64,000 bases of DNA from the NCBI GenBank assembly GCA_963701995.1, contig OY969693.1:1793512-1857511 (forward strand). Direction: 5' to 3'. The position numbers were made by a program, and so were the translations under genes. This DNA is from Methanobacteriota archaeon. Its GTDB lineage: Archaea > Halobacteriota > Bog-38 > Methanoflorentales > Methanoflorentaceae. Of this stretch, positions 38,886 to 49,433 are shown one piece after another. Every line of letters starts with the position of its first letter. The stretch's first letter is position 1. The notes under the pieces are model-generated. The model had not been told where the DNA came from. It did not search any database and worked only from the letters and a program-made list of their open reading frames with translations.

Positions 38886-39479
38886 ATGAAAAACGCAAAG
38901 AAGCTCTACGTGCCGTTTACTGAGGAGCGCTGGCGCAACTGGATAGACTGCGCAAGGCAAAGTGACTACAAAAACATGGACGAGACAGCCACGACAGTAT
39001 TCGTTGAAATGGAAGAAGACGTAATAATTGCGTGCTGTAAGGTTGTTAGAGGTTTCGAAATCGGCAAGCTCACGCGTGAAGAGTCTTTAGATGGCTTACA
39101 TAACATTGAGGCGATAACCGAGGAAAAAACTGACACAGGTGACGTGGAGCTTGACGATTTAGTCGGACTCATCCAATCGTCTCTAGTTGGCGCCTTCGCA
39201 TCGTTTGAGAGCTACGTGAAAGCGTCTTTCGCAGACAAGGCCTCTATGGACGAACTAATAAAAGACGCGCTGGACCAAGAAAAAAAAGGGCACTTCGATC
39301 TGGCCTTAGCGATAGTAGGAAAGGTCGGTGCGCGAGTCATAGCAGGCGAGGCGCTGCGTCAAGAAACTATTGCCGAATTGGAAGACAGCTACGTGGCAGA
39401 GTGGCTTGATGGAGTTGACTCGATATCTGCAGCCATCTCAAGTTCCATAGAATTCGACAGCGGTGAGGAAGCGACTTAG
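38886..39479 (+). CDS. hypothetical acidic protein
   Basis: 197-aa ORF with good coding character and no motif recognised. Confidence 0.4.
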   Translation: MKNAKKLYVPFTEERWRNWIDCARQSDYKNMDETATTVFVEMEEDVIIACCKVVRGFEIGKLTREESLDGLHNIEAITEEKTDTGDVELDDLVGLIQSSLVGAFASFESYVKASFADKASMDELIKDALDQEKKGHFDLALAIVGKVGARVIAGEALRQETIAELEDSYVAEWLDGVDSISAAISSSIEFDSGEEAT

Positions 39480-39497
39480 AAGCTTCAAATACGATGT

Positions 39498-40805
39498 TCA
39501 ACACGCCTGCTGTGGACGGCGCGTCTGCACCACGGCATCGAGAAAGACTTCGGTTTTGTGAGCGATTACCTGCCAGTCCCAGTAATGAGAGAGTAGGGAG
39601 TTAGCGCGTTTTCGAAGGGAAGCGCGTTCTTCACCAGAAAGTTGTAGAAGTTCAATCACGGCGCTTTTTACCGCCTCGCTATCCCCCACGGGAAAGAATT
39701 TTATGATGTCAGAACCGTGGTCAATGAATCGATGTGGGGCTATGTCGCTGGCTGCTACCAAGCAACCTGATGCGAGGCCTTCCAGAAGTGTTATTCCAAA
39801 TCCTTCGACGGAAGATGCAGATAAAAGAATTTTGGATTTTGAAAGCAGCTCTTTTTTTCTTCCTTCGCTAACGTGACCGGCGAACTGAATGTTCTCGCTC
39901 GCCCAGCGACGTTCAAGAGTGGGTCGGAGCTTTCCGTCGCCGACGATGACTGTTTGAACCTCCGTGTCGAATAGCGCCTCACACACGATGTCAATGTTCT
40001 TGTAAGGCGCGTCGAAGCGTGCTATACAAATGACATCAATCTCCTTCGTGTTCTGCGTGAATTCTTTTAGGTAAATGCCGTTGCCAGTGACTCTAATCTT
40101 GTGCCGGGGGATCCAATATTTTAATATCTCAAAAGTAGGGTCTGAGACGGTTATTGCGATCGGGCAGGTGGAGGCGTAGCGAAGACAGGCGCGTTCCAGC
40201 AAACAAGCTTGCAGCCCCTTTAAAGTGTTGCCTCCTTGCAGATCACGCCACGCAGAGATGCCGTTGGCCAATGGCAAAGGCTGGTACACGTCGTGCACGA
40301 TCGGCACGACCGGCACCTTTGTGCGGCTTAGCGAGGCTGAGAAGACAGGTATGAATGTTTGAGGAACGATGACGTCGAACTTGTTGCTGATACGCTTTAA
40401 CTCTCGCGACAAGCGGAATGCGTATCGCAGATCCGCTGAGCCTCGACCCGCGGTTTTGCGGTTGTATATGGTGTATACGCGGAACGGAAATCGGTCTTCT
40501 GGATACGTAGCTGTCGGCACGTGTGACGTCAGCACAGCGACGTGATTCCTACCAGAAAGTTCGCGGCCTAAGGCATACATGTGGTTTTCCCCGCCCCCCA
40601 GCATTTGCAATTCGCCGGTGGCATCGCAAAAAGGAAAAAGTTCACTTACCAACAATATGTTCACTGTATGGCCTCTGTTTTTGCTTAATTCCAGCTCCGC
40701 TGTACGCGGCTGCTCATACAATGGTGCCCGCTGTAATAATGTTTTTGAAGTCGCTGATGTTCCGGAATTGTGGCACCTCACTTTCCGCTTACGTGAGCGA
40801 CTCAT
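39498..40805 (-). CDS. glycosyltransferase family 4 (GT-B, group 1)
   Basis: GT4 hallmarks (…VNILLVSELFP…GGGENHMYALGRELSGRNHVAVLT…E(x7)E region). The true start is probably the internal GTG at VNILLVSE (~40655), because the extended N-terminus overlaps the upstream gene. Confidence 0.7.
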   Translation of the reverse strand: MSRSRKRKVRCHNSGTSATSKTLLQRAPLYEQPRTAELELSKNRGHTVNILLVSELFPFCDATGELQMLGGGENHMYALGRELSGRNHVAVLTSHVPTATYPEDRFPFRVYTIYNRKTAGRGSADLRYAFRLSRELKRISNKFDVIVPQTFIPVFSASLSRTKVPVVPIVHDVYQPLPLANGISAWRDLQGGNTLKGLQACLLERACLRYASTCPIAITVSDPTFEILKYWIPRHKIRVTGNGIYLKEFTQNTKEIDVICIARFDAPYKNIDIVCEALFDTEVQTVIVGDGKLRPTLERRWASENIQFAGHVSEGRKKELLSKSKILLSASSVEGFGITLLEGLASGCLVAASDIAPHRFIDHGSDIIKFFPVGDSEAVKSAVIELLQLSGEERASLRKRANSLLSHYWDWQVIAHKTEVFLDAVVQTRRPQQAC

Positions 40806-41868
40806 ATAACTTACGAAGTTCTGCGCTTAAGAGATTCCAGTCAAATAACGCTGCGCCGGCTTTTGCCGCGCGCTGCATACGCTTTTTGTCAACTTCAAGC
40901 AGCGCTGATCGAAGCTGATCCTCCGTCAGATCAATTACAAATCCGTTCTTTCCATGAGTGATGAGCTCTCTTGCTGCATTTTTTTGAACATTGCTCGTAA
41001 TTACAGGCGTACCACAAGCTAGCGCCTCGAGGGCAACGATGCCAAAGCCTTCACGGCTGGAAGGCAAAACTAACGAATTTGCGGCTTTCATCACACCTAT
41101 GAGATCTTCGTAAGGCAATTCTGAGCGGAAACGCACGTTGGTGCTAAGTTCTTTTGAGAGTTGAACGAGTTTTGCTTTTTCGGGACCATCGCCGACTACG
41201 CAAAGCGTTTTGTTTGTAGGCATCGCTCGAACCAGCAATTCGACGTTTTTTTCAGGGATGAGCCTTCCCACAAATAGCGCGTCGACTGAGATTTCAGCCG
41301 GTGCGATCGAATCGATCAAGGAGATATCGACCCCATTCGGCACGAGTGACACACTTTTTCTGAAATGCTCGAGAAGTTCTTTCGTGGTCGTAGAGACAGC
41401 GATCACTTCGTCAGCTATCGTGAAGGTTGCTCTCTCCGTCAGCTTGCCAAAGAATCCGAGCTTGCCCAAGTACTCGTACCAGTAATCTCCCCAAAACTCG
41501 TGCCACGTAATGATCAATGGGATACGTTTCAGGTGCGAAATTAGCCTCGACGGAAAGCAGTGTAAATACGGAAATTGGTTGCAGTCAATGATATCGAGGT
41601 CTTGCTTAAAAATGGGGCCCAAACTGCCTGCAAATCTCGCTGCTTCTCGAAAAGACCGGCGCCCTCCTGCATAAAGGCTGAGCGGTTTGCACATACCGTG
41701 GAGATGAATCCCCCGCAGCTCGATATCGTTCTTTCCTTTCCACCACTTCACGCCAAAGATGTGCACTTCGTCATTTGTGGCAAGGCGCTTTGCCATTTCG
41801 TAGATACGCTTCTCAGCTCCGCCCTTCACGAAAGGATAGACGACATCTGAAACATAGCCAATGTTCAT
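40789..41868 (-). CDS. glycosyltransferase family 4
   Basis: MNIGYVSDVVYPFVKGGAEKRIYEMAKRLA… N-terminal domain with a C-terminal EGFGIVALEALACGTPVI motif. Confidence 0.75.
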   Translation of the reverse strand: MNIGYVSDVVYPFVKGGAEKRIYEMAKRLATNDEVHIFGVKWWKGKNDIELRGIHLHGMCKPLSLYAGGRRSFREAARFAGSLGPIFKQDLDIIDCNQFPYLHCFPSRLISHLKRIPLIITWHEFWGDYWYEYLGKLGFFGKLTERATFTIADEVIAVSTTTKELLEHFRKSVSLVPNGVDISLIDSIAPAEISVDALFVGRLIPEKNVELLVRAMPTNKTLCVVGDGPEKAKLVQLSKELSTNVRFRSELPYEDLIGVMKAANSLVLPSSREGFGIVALEALACGTPVITSNVQKNAARELITHGKNGFVIDLTEDQLRSALLEVDKKRMQRAAKAGAALFDWNLLSAELRKLYESLT

Positions 41869-41876
41869 TTTGGTAT

Positions 41877-42755
41877 TTAACGTCGTCGCAGGTTCGTCAG
41901 TATGATATCCGCTAGCAAACCGAAAAGCGTTATCTGCAAGCCGGTCAAAATGAGCAAGACGGAGAGAATCGCAGCTGCTATGCGCGTTACGATGCCAGTG
42001 TGGATGTATTCGATGAGTATTGTTGTGCCATAGCCGAGTCCTATGAGTATAAGGGCGAGACCAATGGGCAAGAAAATAACGAGTGGATTGTAATCCCGGA
42101 CGAGGCGAACCGTGATAGACAAGATGCTAAATGCGTCCCTGAACGGGTCCAGCTTCGCATGGCCGACTCTGGTCCTGTACCTAATGGGGACCTCGGTAAT
42201 GGCGAGGTTTTCTTTTTGTGCCTCGATGATCATTTCGCTCGCGAACGGCATGTTAGGCGATTGAAGTCTTAGACGATCGAGTGCAGAGCGTCTTATGGCA
42301 CGCATTCCTGATTGAGAATCAGTCACGCGTACGTGATACAGAGATCGTAGGAGAGCGGTTAGCATTCTGTTGCCGAGCGCGTTTCTCCGGCTCATCGCTC
42401 CTTTATCCATAAGAGCGAATCGAGTGCCTATGACAACGTCAGCGCCGTCGTTAATGGGCTGAAGCAACTTCGGAATGTCGTACGGATCGTAGGTATAATC
42501 GCCATCCAGAATGACGACTGTCTCAGCATCTTCGGATATATGTTTAAATCCTGTAATGTACGCATCTCCATACCCGGTTCCAGTCTGATGGATTACCTTA
42601 GCTCCGAGCTCTGCCGCACGCACGGCTGTCTCGTCTTCTGACTTGTCGACCACGACCACTTCCACGCTGTGCTGTTGCAGCGCGTCAAACACATCGTGAA
42701 GAACGTCAGCAATGGCTGGCTCGTTCATCGTCGGGATAATTACGGCTATCTTCAT
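41877..42755 (-). CDS. GT2 dolichyl-phosphate hexosyltransferase (Dpm1/AglJ/AglD-like) with C-terminal TM helices
   Basis: MKIAVIIPTMNE…VILDGDYTYDP (DxD) and two C-terminal hydrophobic helices. Confidence 0.7.
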   Translation of the reverse strand: MKIAVIIPTMNEPAIADVLHDVFDALQQHSVEVVVVDKSEDETAVRAAELGAKVIHQTGTGYGDAYITGFKHISEDAETVVILDGDYTYDPYDIPKLLQPINDGADVVIGTRFALMDKGAMSRRNALGNRMLTALLRSLYHVRVTDSQSGMRAIRRSALDRLRLQSPNMPFASEMIIEAQKENLAITEVPIRYRTRVGHAKLDPFRDAFSILSITVRLVRDYNPLVIFLPIGLALILIGLGYGTTILIEYIHTGIVTRIAAAILSVLLILTGLQITLFGLLADIILTNLRRR

Positions 42756-42965
42756 AGGTTACTACATAACGTAGGCGCGCTACGCTTGATTTTATTCTAT
42801 AATCTTAGCGCGAAAAGGTATAATTATCTATCCGCATATAGTTAATTCTTATTGATTTAAACGACGTTTCACCGATCACACTGCACTCAACTGACGGTGG
42901 CAAACAACCGAAACGACTCAGGTGAATACGCCTCGCGTAAGAGACATAATCCTAGAGCAACAGCG

Positions 42966-44189
42966 ATGACCTCGGTTTATGTAGAAACGTACGGCTGCAC
43001 GCTAAACCAAAGCGAAAGCGAAGAGCTCACGCTTCAGCTAACTGGCCACAGGGTGGTCGAATCGATCGAGGACGCCCATGTACTCGTTCTAAATACGTGT
43101 ATGGTTATCGCGACGACTGAAAAAAAGATTCTACGGCGGATAGACACTCTGTATCAGCAGTTAGGCGAGCGAACGCTCATTATCACGGGCTGTATGGCTG
43201 GGCCATTTGCGGATCGGCTCCGCGCTTTGTATCCAGCGTTGACAACTATGCGGATCAGCGGCGTGGCGTCTTACATAGACGCCCATTTCTCGCGTGGCGC
43301 CGCATCTGCGCCGAGACCCAATATCACAGCGAAAGTAAAGATCGCTCAGGGATGTGGGGGAAGCTGCAGCTACTGCATCGTGAAGCTCATCCGAGGTCCT
43401 GTGAAGAGTCGTAGCATCGAGGCCATCACCAGGGATGTGCAGCAGAGGGTTCAAAATGGTGCCAAGCAAATCTTCCTGACTGCGCAGGACGGGGGAGCGT
43501 ACGGGTTAGATCAGGGCCACCGATTACCCGACCTTATCGAAGCGCTATGCGAAATTGAACACGACTACAAGCTCCGCGTCGGGATGATGAACGTTTCCTC
43601 AATTCTTGATATCGCAGAGGATCTGTTGAAAGCATATCAGCATCCTCGGGTATACAGATTCGTGCACTTGCCGGTGCAGTCGGGTTCCGATCGGATTTTG
43701 GAGCTTATGGAGAGGGGGCATACGGTGTCCGACTTCAAGCACATTGTCTCGAGCTTCCGTCACGAACTGAGAGAAGTCACTGTCTCGACCGACTTCATTG
43801 TAGGCTTCCCGAGTGAAACGGCTGAGGATTTTCGGGCCACGGTGGACCTACTGCGAGAAGTTGCGCCGCTCAAAGTGAACATCACACGTTTTTCGCAACG
43901 ACAGGGGACTAAGGCATTCTTTTTGAGACCTGTGACCGGTAGGGTACAAAAAGACCGGTCGCGAACGCTGACAGCGGAGCACCACCGCGTTGCCCGCCAG
44001 CGAAACTGTGAGTGCATAGGAGAGAGCTACAGGGCGCTAGCAGTGGAAAGAGGCAAGAAGGGGGGCACCGTCTTATACAACGACAACTATAGGCCGATAG
44101 TTGTGCTGCGCGAACTGCCTCTTGGCCTCTTTTATAGGGTGCGCATTACTGGAGTCACCTCGACGTATTTAATAGGCAGCCTTAATTGA
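42966..44189 (+). CDS. radical-SAM methylthiotransferase, MiaB/MtaB (CDKAL1-like) family
   Basis: N-terminal MTTase domain (VETYGCTLNQSESE), radical SAM CxxxCxxC (GCGGSCSYC) and a C-terminal TRAM-like region. Start trimmed to MTSVYVETYGC. Confidence 0.75.
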   Translation: MTSVYVETYGCTLNQSESEELTLQLTGHRVVESIEDAHVLVLNTCMVIATTEKKILRRIDTLYQQLGERTLIITGCMAGPFADRLRALYPALTTMRISGVASYIDAHFSRGAASAPRPNITAKVKIAQGCGGSCSYCIVKLIRGPVKSRSIEAITRDVQQRVQNGAKQIFLTAQDGGAYGLDQGHRLPDLIEALCEIEHDYKLRVGMMNVSSILDIAEDLLKAYQHPRVYRFVHLPVQSGSDRILELMERGHTVSDFKHIVSSFRHELREVTVSTDFIVGFPSETAEDFRATVDLLREVAPLKVNITRFSQRQGTKAFFLRPVTGRVQKDRSRTLTAEHHRVARQRNCECIGESYRALAVERGKKGGTVLYNDNYRPIVVLRELPLGLFYRVRITGVTSTYLIGSLN

Positions 44190-44577
44190 TCCGTTTTGAA
44201 AAATAAGCTCGCTTCCAAGTTATTTTTCGCAAAGAAAGCAATAGGATTTTATACCATAAGGTAATGTATCGTGTGATATGCAACGGCCGCGATACCAACT
44301 TAGAATTGATTGGATTACGCTTGCCTTAGTATTCGTCATCTCGTTGATTTTGTTCTATATCCCGTACCTTCACGATCTCCTGATCATAGCAGCTATAACT
44401 GTCATCTTGTACACGTTCGTCAAAAGTCTATACTAGTCAAAGGCCTTCTTTGAGGCGAACACACTTGTATTACGGGTTTTTTTTAGCTTTAAAGACCGCG
44501 TGAGCCGTGAAGGCAGCACCTGTCACCCTTGTAAAACCACCATGCGACCGTGATTTGAGAATAGAGGACTGCTAAAC

Positions 44578-46392
44578 ATGCGACTTCTGCTAATGCACGT
44601 TGACTATATTGAGTACCAGGTCACGAAGGCAAGCAAGTACGCTGAAGATACGGAAGATTCTCGCAAACAGGCGCGAATGGAGGAGGCTTTGGTCGCCTTT
44701 GTCGCCGCAGAACGCGGTGACGAGACGAGTATTGACGACGTGGCAGCCGACGCAGCGAATGCAATAGTCGACGTTGCGACTAAGGTCGCCACGAAGCGGG
44801 TCGTGATCTATCCGTACGCTCATTTGAGTTCCGAGTTGGCGTCACCCGAGACCGCTTTGAACATCTTGCAGGAGATTGAATCTCTGCTCGTGGGCTTTGA
44901 AGTGCTGAGGGCGCCATTCGGATGGTACAAATCGTTCAGTCTGAAGTGTAAGGGGCATCCTCTTGCTGAGCTATCCAGATCTATTCACCCAGAGGCAAAA
45001 CTGGAGAAGAAGACAGTCGAAAGCGAATTCTACGTGCTCGAGCCTAGCGGTACGATAACTCCAGCGACTGCGTTTCATTCGACGGACGCTGAATTCAAGG
45101 ACATCGTTAGTTATGAACTGGGGCAACACGCTCTCTACAGCACGGAAGCGGAGTTGCCGCATATTAAGCTAATGAAAGAGAAGGAGCTCGTCGAGTACGA
45201 GCCGCTGTCAGACGCGGGACACCTCAAGTGGCTGCCGAAAGGAAAGCTAGTACGTGATCTCCTCATCGACTATTCTTATCTCCTCGCGGTGAACTACGGC
45301 GCGATGCCGGTCGAGACGCCGGTTATGTATGACCTGTCCAGCAGAGCAGTCAGTGAGCACGCGAGTAAGTTTGGTGAGCGACAATATCGGCTGAAAGCGG
45401 GCGCCCGCGATATGATGCTCAGATTCGCTGCCTGCTTTGGTATGTTTAGCATGATGCACCAGATGCATTTGACCGAAAAAGACGTGCCGCTGAAACTGTA
45501 CGAGCTTTCGACTTATTCTTTCAGGTATGAGCAGCGGGGCGAATTGACTGGTCTCAAGCGCCAACGGGCTTTTACGATGCCTGACATGCACACCGCTTGC
45601 CGTGACATGAGCGAAGCCAAGAGTTTCTTCATGGAGCAGTTGAGACTTGGGTTCAAATCGGGTGTGGATCTCGACGTGAAATATCAGGCTATATTTCGGA
45701 GCACGAAGGCGTTTTATAAGGACAACAAAAAATGGGTAGAGCAGATCGCTCGCGAGTTTAAGCGCCCCTTCTTGGTAGAACTCTTGTCAGAGCGCGTTCA
45801 TTACTGGGTTTGTAAGTGCGATCTCGCGGCCTTGGATACTTCGCGGAAACCAATCGAATGCCCGACCGTCCAAATTGACGTGGAGAGCGCGGAGCGGTTT
45901 GATATCAAGTACTATACCGAAACGGGAGAACACTGGCCCATTATCCTGCACACGTCCCCGACGGGCGGGATAGAGCGCGTACTCTGCGCGATCCTCGAGG
46001 CGCAGGCGCTCGAGAAAGTGCCGGCCCTTCCGGTGTGGCTCGCCCCGACGCAGGTGAGGATCATTCCTGTCTCGGAAAAGCATCTTCAATACGCGCGAGA
46101 GATCGCAACCGAAGTCAGAAATGCGAAAATACGCGTTGACATCGACGACCGCGATGAGTCAGTAAGCAAGAAAGTCGCCTCTGCCGGGAGAGAATGGGTG
46201 CCCTACGTCGCTGTTATCGGGGAAAAAGAGGAGCAGAGGAAAAGTCTCGCTGTGACCGCACGCTTTTCGGGGCAAAAAGAGCCGATGTCTGTCAATGAGC
46301 TGATCGCTCACGTGCGCCAAGAAATCGAGCAAATGCCATATCGGCCACTAACATTACCCGAAATGCTCTCGCAGCGACCAAAATTTGTCTGA
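44578..46392 (+). CDS. thrS: threonyl-tRNA synthetase, archaeal type with N-terminal editing domain
   Basis: Class II motif 2 (FRYEQRGELTGLKRQRAFTMPDMH), a C-terminal anticodon-binding domain and an N-terminal archaeal editing domain; 604 aa. Confidence 0.85.
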   Translation: MRLLLMHVDYIEYQVTKASKYAEDTEDSRKQARMEEALVAFVAAERGDETSIDDVAADAANAIVDVATKVATKRVVIYPYAHLSSELASPETALNILQEIESLLVGFEVLRAPFGWYKSFSLKCKGHPLAELSRSIHPEAKLEKKTVESEFYVLEPSGTITPATAFHSTDAEFKDIVSYELGQHALYSTEAELPHIKLMKEKELVEYEPLSDAGHLKWLPKGKLVRDLLIDYSYLLAVNYGAMPVETPVMYDLSSRAVSEHASKFGERQYRLKAGARDMMLRFAACFGMFSMMHQMHLTEKDVPLKLYELSTYSFRYEQRGELTGLKRQRAFTMPDMHTACRDMSEAKSFFMEQLRLGFKSGVDLDVKYQAIFRSTKAFYKDNKKWVEQIAREFKRPFLVELLSERVHYWVCKCDLAALDTSRKPIECPTVQIDVESAERFDIKYYTETGEHWPIILHTSPTGGIERVLCAILEAQALEKVPALPVWLAPTQVRIIPVSEKHLQYAREIATEVRNAKIRVDIDDRDESVSKKVASAGREWVPYVAVIGEKEEQRKSLAVTARFSGQKEPMSVNELIAHVRQEIEQMPYRPLTLPEMLSQRPKFV

Positions 46393-46467
46393 ATGAATGC
46401 GAGATTCGTCCACCCTTTTCAACGGTTGGATGAAGTCTTTCGTCTTTGCATTTGACAGAGCTAGACC

Positions 46468-47928
46468 TTAGAACGCATCATCCTGTGCGTAGCTCCTTCC
46501 CAGCTTCAGCGCGATTTCTGCCTTTTTCAACTCACGTCCAAGATACGCTGCGTGGGATGCCGTCGATACGAGCTCAAGCTCAAAAATAGCATCAAGCAAA
46601 CCTTTTGCGAAATTGCCTTGTACGGTGATTCCCGTGTCGTGCCTCGCAACGATCATTCCCCCTCTAACACCGATCACGAAGTTGCCGGCTGGGTCAGGCG
46701 CCCACTTCGCTGTGTCGAAGTCCTTAGCGTCGAGGACGTTGATGCTGGTGATTCGATACTCCGGTCGCCGCCTGCGCTCTTTCAATACGAGAAGATCAAG
46801 GCCTAGATCTTTGGGTGGGCTTTTTCGATACTGAGCGAGCTGCATCATCTGAGCCGCTGTTTTCAGCTCATTAACGCTGCCCTTTGCCTTGTCACTGTGC
46901 TCAGGAGTAAAAAGCACGCCAACCCCTAGCTCCATTGCCAGACCGGCAAGCAGAGCGTTAGCGCCTATCGAGTCGGCTTCCATAAGCTCAACGATGTTGC
47001 CGACGCCGAGAAACAGCGGCACGTTGCTGACCGATCTGACGCGGTGGTACTCGGCGAGCGAGTTGGAGGCGCCACTGCCTATCGGGTATAGGACAGGATC
47101 GGCGATGATTTTGCTGATGCCAAAAGTCCGCGCGAGAGCTACGGTAGAGCAAACATCGCCGTTTTCGGGCAACACCACAACTGCAAGGTCTTTTCTTGCG
47201 ACGGTGGGTCCTATCTCGGCGGCGTTTTCTGCCGTAAGTGAGAGAACGAGTTCAGCGCCTGACTCTATTCCAGCGCAGATAAGCTCTGGATCGAGACTAT
47301 CTATGCTGAGGGGGACGTTGTACTCGTCGGTTACCGCGCTAACCTCAGCGAAGGTGCGGCTCACCTCGCGCTTCGCGGTTCCGAGAGGTATGCCGACGTC
47401 GATGACATCGGCCCCGTTGCGTATATGCTGCAATGCAATTCGCTTAGCATCTGCAACTGGAGCGTCGATTATCTCTCCGAGCACCTTCATTCGAGAGTTT
47501 CCTCCAATTTTTAGGTCTCGAATTTTGAAATCATAAGCTGCAGATGTCTCTAGCTGCGTCAATAGGTTCAGGGCGTCACTTCTACGCTTTTCGCGAATGA
47601 TACGGTCAGCTGGCTCGTTAAGCGACAGCATAGATTGATCGAGTGACGCAAGCACCAAGCCGAGATCATAGGCCTGTTTTGGGCCTAGAGCAATTTTCAC
47701 GCTCAGCTCGTCACCAAGCGCCCCAAAGTCAGCGGGATTAGCAGAGCCGGGAATCAAGATCACATCGTGCTTGTGACCGTGCCGCCTTGAGAACTCGACG
47801 TACGCCTCCCTTAAGAGGGGAGGGGTCATCAGCGCCGCAATGTCTACGTCCAGAACCAACACATCTGCGGCTGCGCCTACAGCCTCTCTAACGACTTGTT
47901 CGGCGCAGCGACCGGTCGCTACAAGCAC
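46468..47928 (-). CDS. dihydropteroate-synthase-like pterin-binding protein (MJ0107-like; N-terminal domain plus Pterin_bind plus C-terminal DUF)
   Basis: Central TIM-barrel pterin-binding-like segment (…DVIDVGIPLGT…LSIDS…) flanked by extra N- and C-terminal domains, as recalled for archaeal DHPS-like fusion proteins. The assignment is tentative. Confidence 0.4.
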   Translation of the reverse strand: MLVATGRCAEQVVREAVGAAADVLVLDVDIAALMTPPLLREAYVEFSRRHGHKHDVILIPGSANPADFGALGDELSVKIALGPKQAYDLGLVLASLDQSMLSLNEPADRIIREKRRSDALNLLTQLETSAAYDFKIRDLKIGGNSRMKVLGEIIDAPVADAKRIALQHIRNGADVIDVGIPLGTAKREVSRTFAEVSAVTDEYNVPLSIDSLDPELICAGIESGAELVLSLTAENAAEIGPTVARKDLAVVVLPENGDVCSTVALARTFGISKIIADPVLYPIGSGASNSLAEYHRVRSVSNVPLFLGVGNIVELMEADSIGANALLAGLAMELGVGVLFTPEHSDKAKGSVNELKTAAQMMQLAQYRKSPPKDLGLDLLVLKERRRRPEYRITSINVLDAKDFDTAKWAPDPAGNFVIGVRGGMIVARHDTGITVQGNFAKGLLDAIFELELVSTASHAAYLGRELKKAEIALKLGRSYAQDDAF

Positions 47929-47993
47929 TCGTTCTATAGGTTCCCACCTGTAACAACATACTCTTAATATGCTATATCACAATTACTGATGGT

Positions 47994-48659
47994 ATGAGGT
48001 TTGATCTGCACATTCATTCACATTTTTCTCCTGACTCAAACAGCTCAGTCGAAGCGATACTTAGGCAGGCACAAGAAGCCGGTCTCAACGGACTCGCGAT
48101 TACTGATCATAATTCTGTGCAATCTTTCTTTGATGCAGTGAGGCTTACGGAGGATCTGGGACTGAATCTCATCATAATACCGGGCGCTGAGATCTCAACA
48201 GCGGAGGGTCATTTGATCACGCTCGGAAATCACACTCTTGTGCCCCCCGGTTTATCTGCTTCTGAAACCAGCAAACGCGCTCACGACGGCCATGGGATCG
48301 TCGTGGCGGCTCATCCATTCGAATTATTCAGAAAGGGCATCCGTAGTTTGCGCAACAAGAGGATAGACGCTGTTGAAGCGTTCAATTCAAGGCGCCTTCT
48401 TGGCGTCTCTAATTATCTCGCGACTCGTTCAGCTGCGAAACTGAACCTTGGGGTCACTGGCGGAAGTGATTCTCACAACGTGGAGACGGTCGGTTTTGGG
48501 TATACTGAAGTAGATGCTGCGAGCGGCGTCACTGTACAGGACATACTACGCGCCATACAGGCTGGCAGATCTACAGCGAGCGGCCGCGTATCGCCACGTC
48601 TCCGGTCAGCGAGTTATTCATTTAAGGCGCGGGTCTTGAATAATAGGAATAGCCGTTAA
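47994..48659 (+). CDS. PHP-domain metal-dependent phosphoesterase
   Basis: MRFDLHIHSHFSPDS…LAITDHN…GGSDSH histidine motifs of the PHP family. Confidence 0.75.
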   Translation: MRFDLHIHSHFSPDSNSSVEAILRQAQEAGLNGLAITDHNSVQSFFDAVRLTEDLGLNLIIIPGAEISTAEGHLITLGNHTLVPPGLSASETSKRAHDGHGIVVAAHPFELFRKGIRSLRNKRIDAVEAFNSRRLLGVSNYLATRSAAKLNLGVTGGSDSHNVETVGFGYTEVDAASGVTVQDILRAIQAGRSTASGRVSPRLRSASYSFKARVLNNRNSR

Positions 48660-48707
48660 ATTACCCCCAAATAAAAACATCGAACCGGGCGTTTTAGCAC
48701 GTGCAGC

Positions 48708-49412
48708 TCACATAGTTGCCCAAAGCGCCTCCCCAAGTTGATGAGGACTGTCGAGAATCGTGATTCCTTCCGAATCTCTGAGGGTTCGGACGTTGTTCTT
48801 GTCAATGTCGCGGACTATAAGGTTCACCGTCCCCTCTTGGATCGCGTCATAATCGCACACGTCTTTGCACAAGCCGCAGCCGTTGCATTTGAGGTAGTCG
48901 ATTTGCTCGTCAATCGCATCGTTTGGGCAAGCTTGAGCGCAGTCGCGGCACTCAGTGCAAAGATCTCTGTTTATGAAGTAAGGTACAGGACTTTTAACGC
49001 TACCTTCAATGTCGACAGGAACGATGAAAACCAGAACCCCGCCTTTCACGGCGTGCGCGACCGCATTAGTAATCAATGAATCAGCAATGCCGTGAGCTAT
49101 TTTGGCTACCGTATTGGACGTAGCCGGGGACACAAACAATGCGTCATAGATGCCGCGCGAGAAGCGGCCTGTCTTTGGGTAGCTCCATCCCTGTTCGCGT
49201 TCGAGTATGACCTCCTCCATGTACCCTCCCGGTGAAACTCGATCCAAGTATTGAAAAAGGCCGTAGACCCGTGCCACCTCCTCTGCAGCCCTCGAGACAA
49301 ATGAAGTCACAGCCACGCGGTCGCCGTAGGCTTCCTTTGCCTCGACGAATAAATCAAACGTTTCGCGTAAATGATGACCAGCCCCCGTAATACCCCACGC
49401 GATTCTTGCCAT
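48708..49412 (-). CDS. flavoprotein with C-terminal 2x[4Fe-4S] ferredoxin domain (DmrX/AfpA-like; candidate dihydromethanopterin reductase)
   Basis: N-terminal MARIAWGITGAGHHL flavoprotein (PF02441-like) fold, plus CTECRDCAQACP and CNGCGLCKDVC cluster motifs. Confidence 0.5.
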   Translation of the reverse strand: MARIAWGITGAGHHLRETFDLFVEAKEAYGDRVAVTSFVSRAAEEVARVYGLFQYLDRVSPGGYMEEVILEREQGWSYPKTGRFSRGIYDALFVSPATSNTVAKIAHGIADSLITNAVAHAVKGGVLVFIVPVDIEGSVKSPVPYFINRDLCTECRDCAQACPNDAIDEQIDYLKCNGCGLCKDVCDYDAIQEGTVNLIVRDIDKNNVRTLRDSEGITILDSPHQLGEALWATM

Positions 49413-49433
49413 AGCCCCCCCAACCTTCTGATC

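Noticed and set aside
44279-44438. ~53-codon ORF encoding a hydrophobic peptide (MQRPRYQLRIDWITLALVFVISLILFYIPYLHDLLIIAAITVILYTFVKSLY) in the mtaB-thrS spacer
   Set aside because: It could be a small membrane protein but has no RBS/TATA context that I can verify, and short hydrophobic ORFs arise easily in AT-rich spacers. Kept only as a note.
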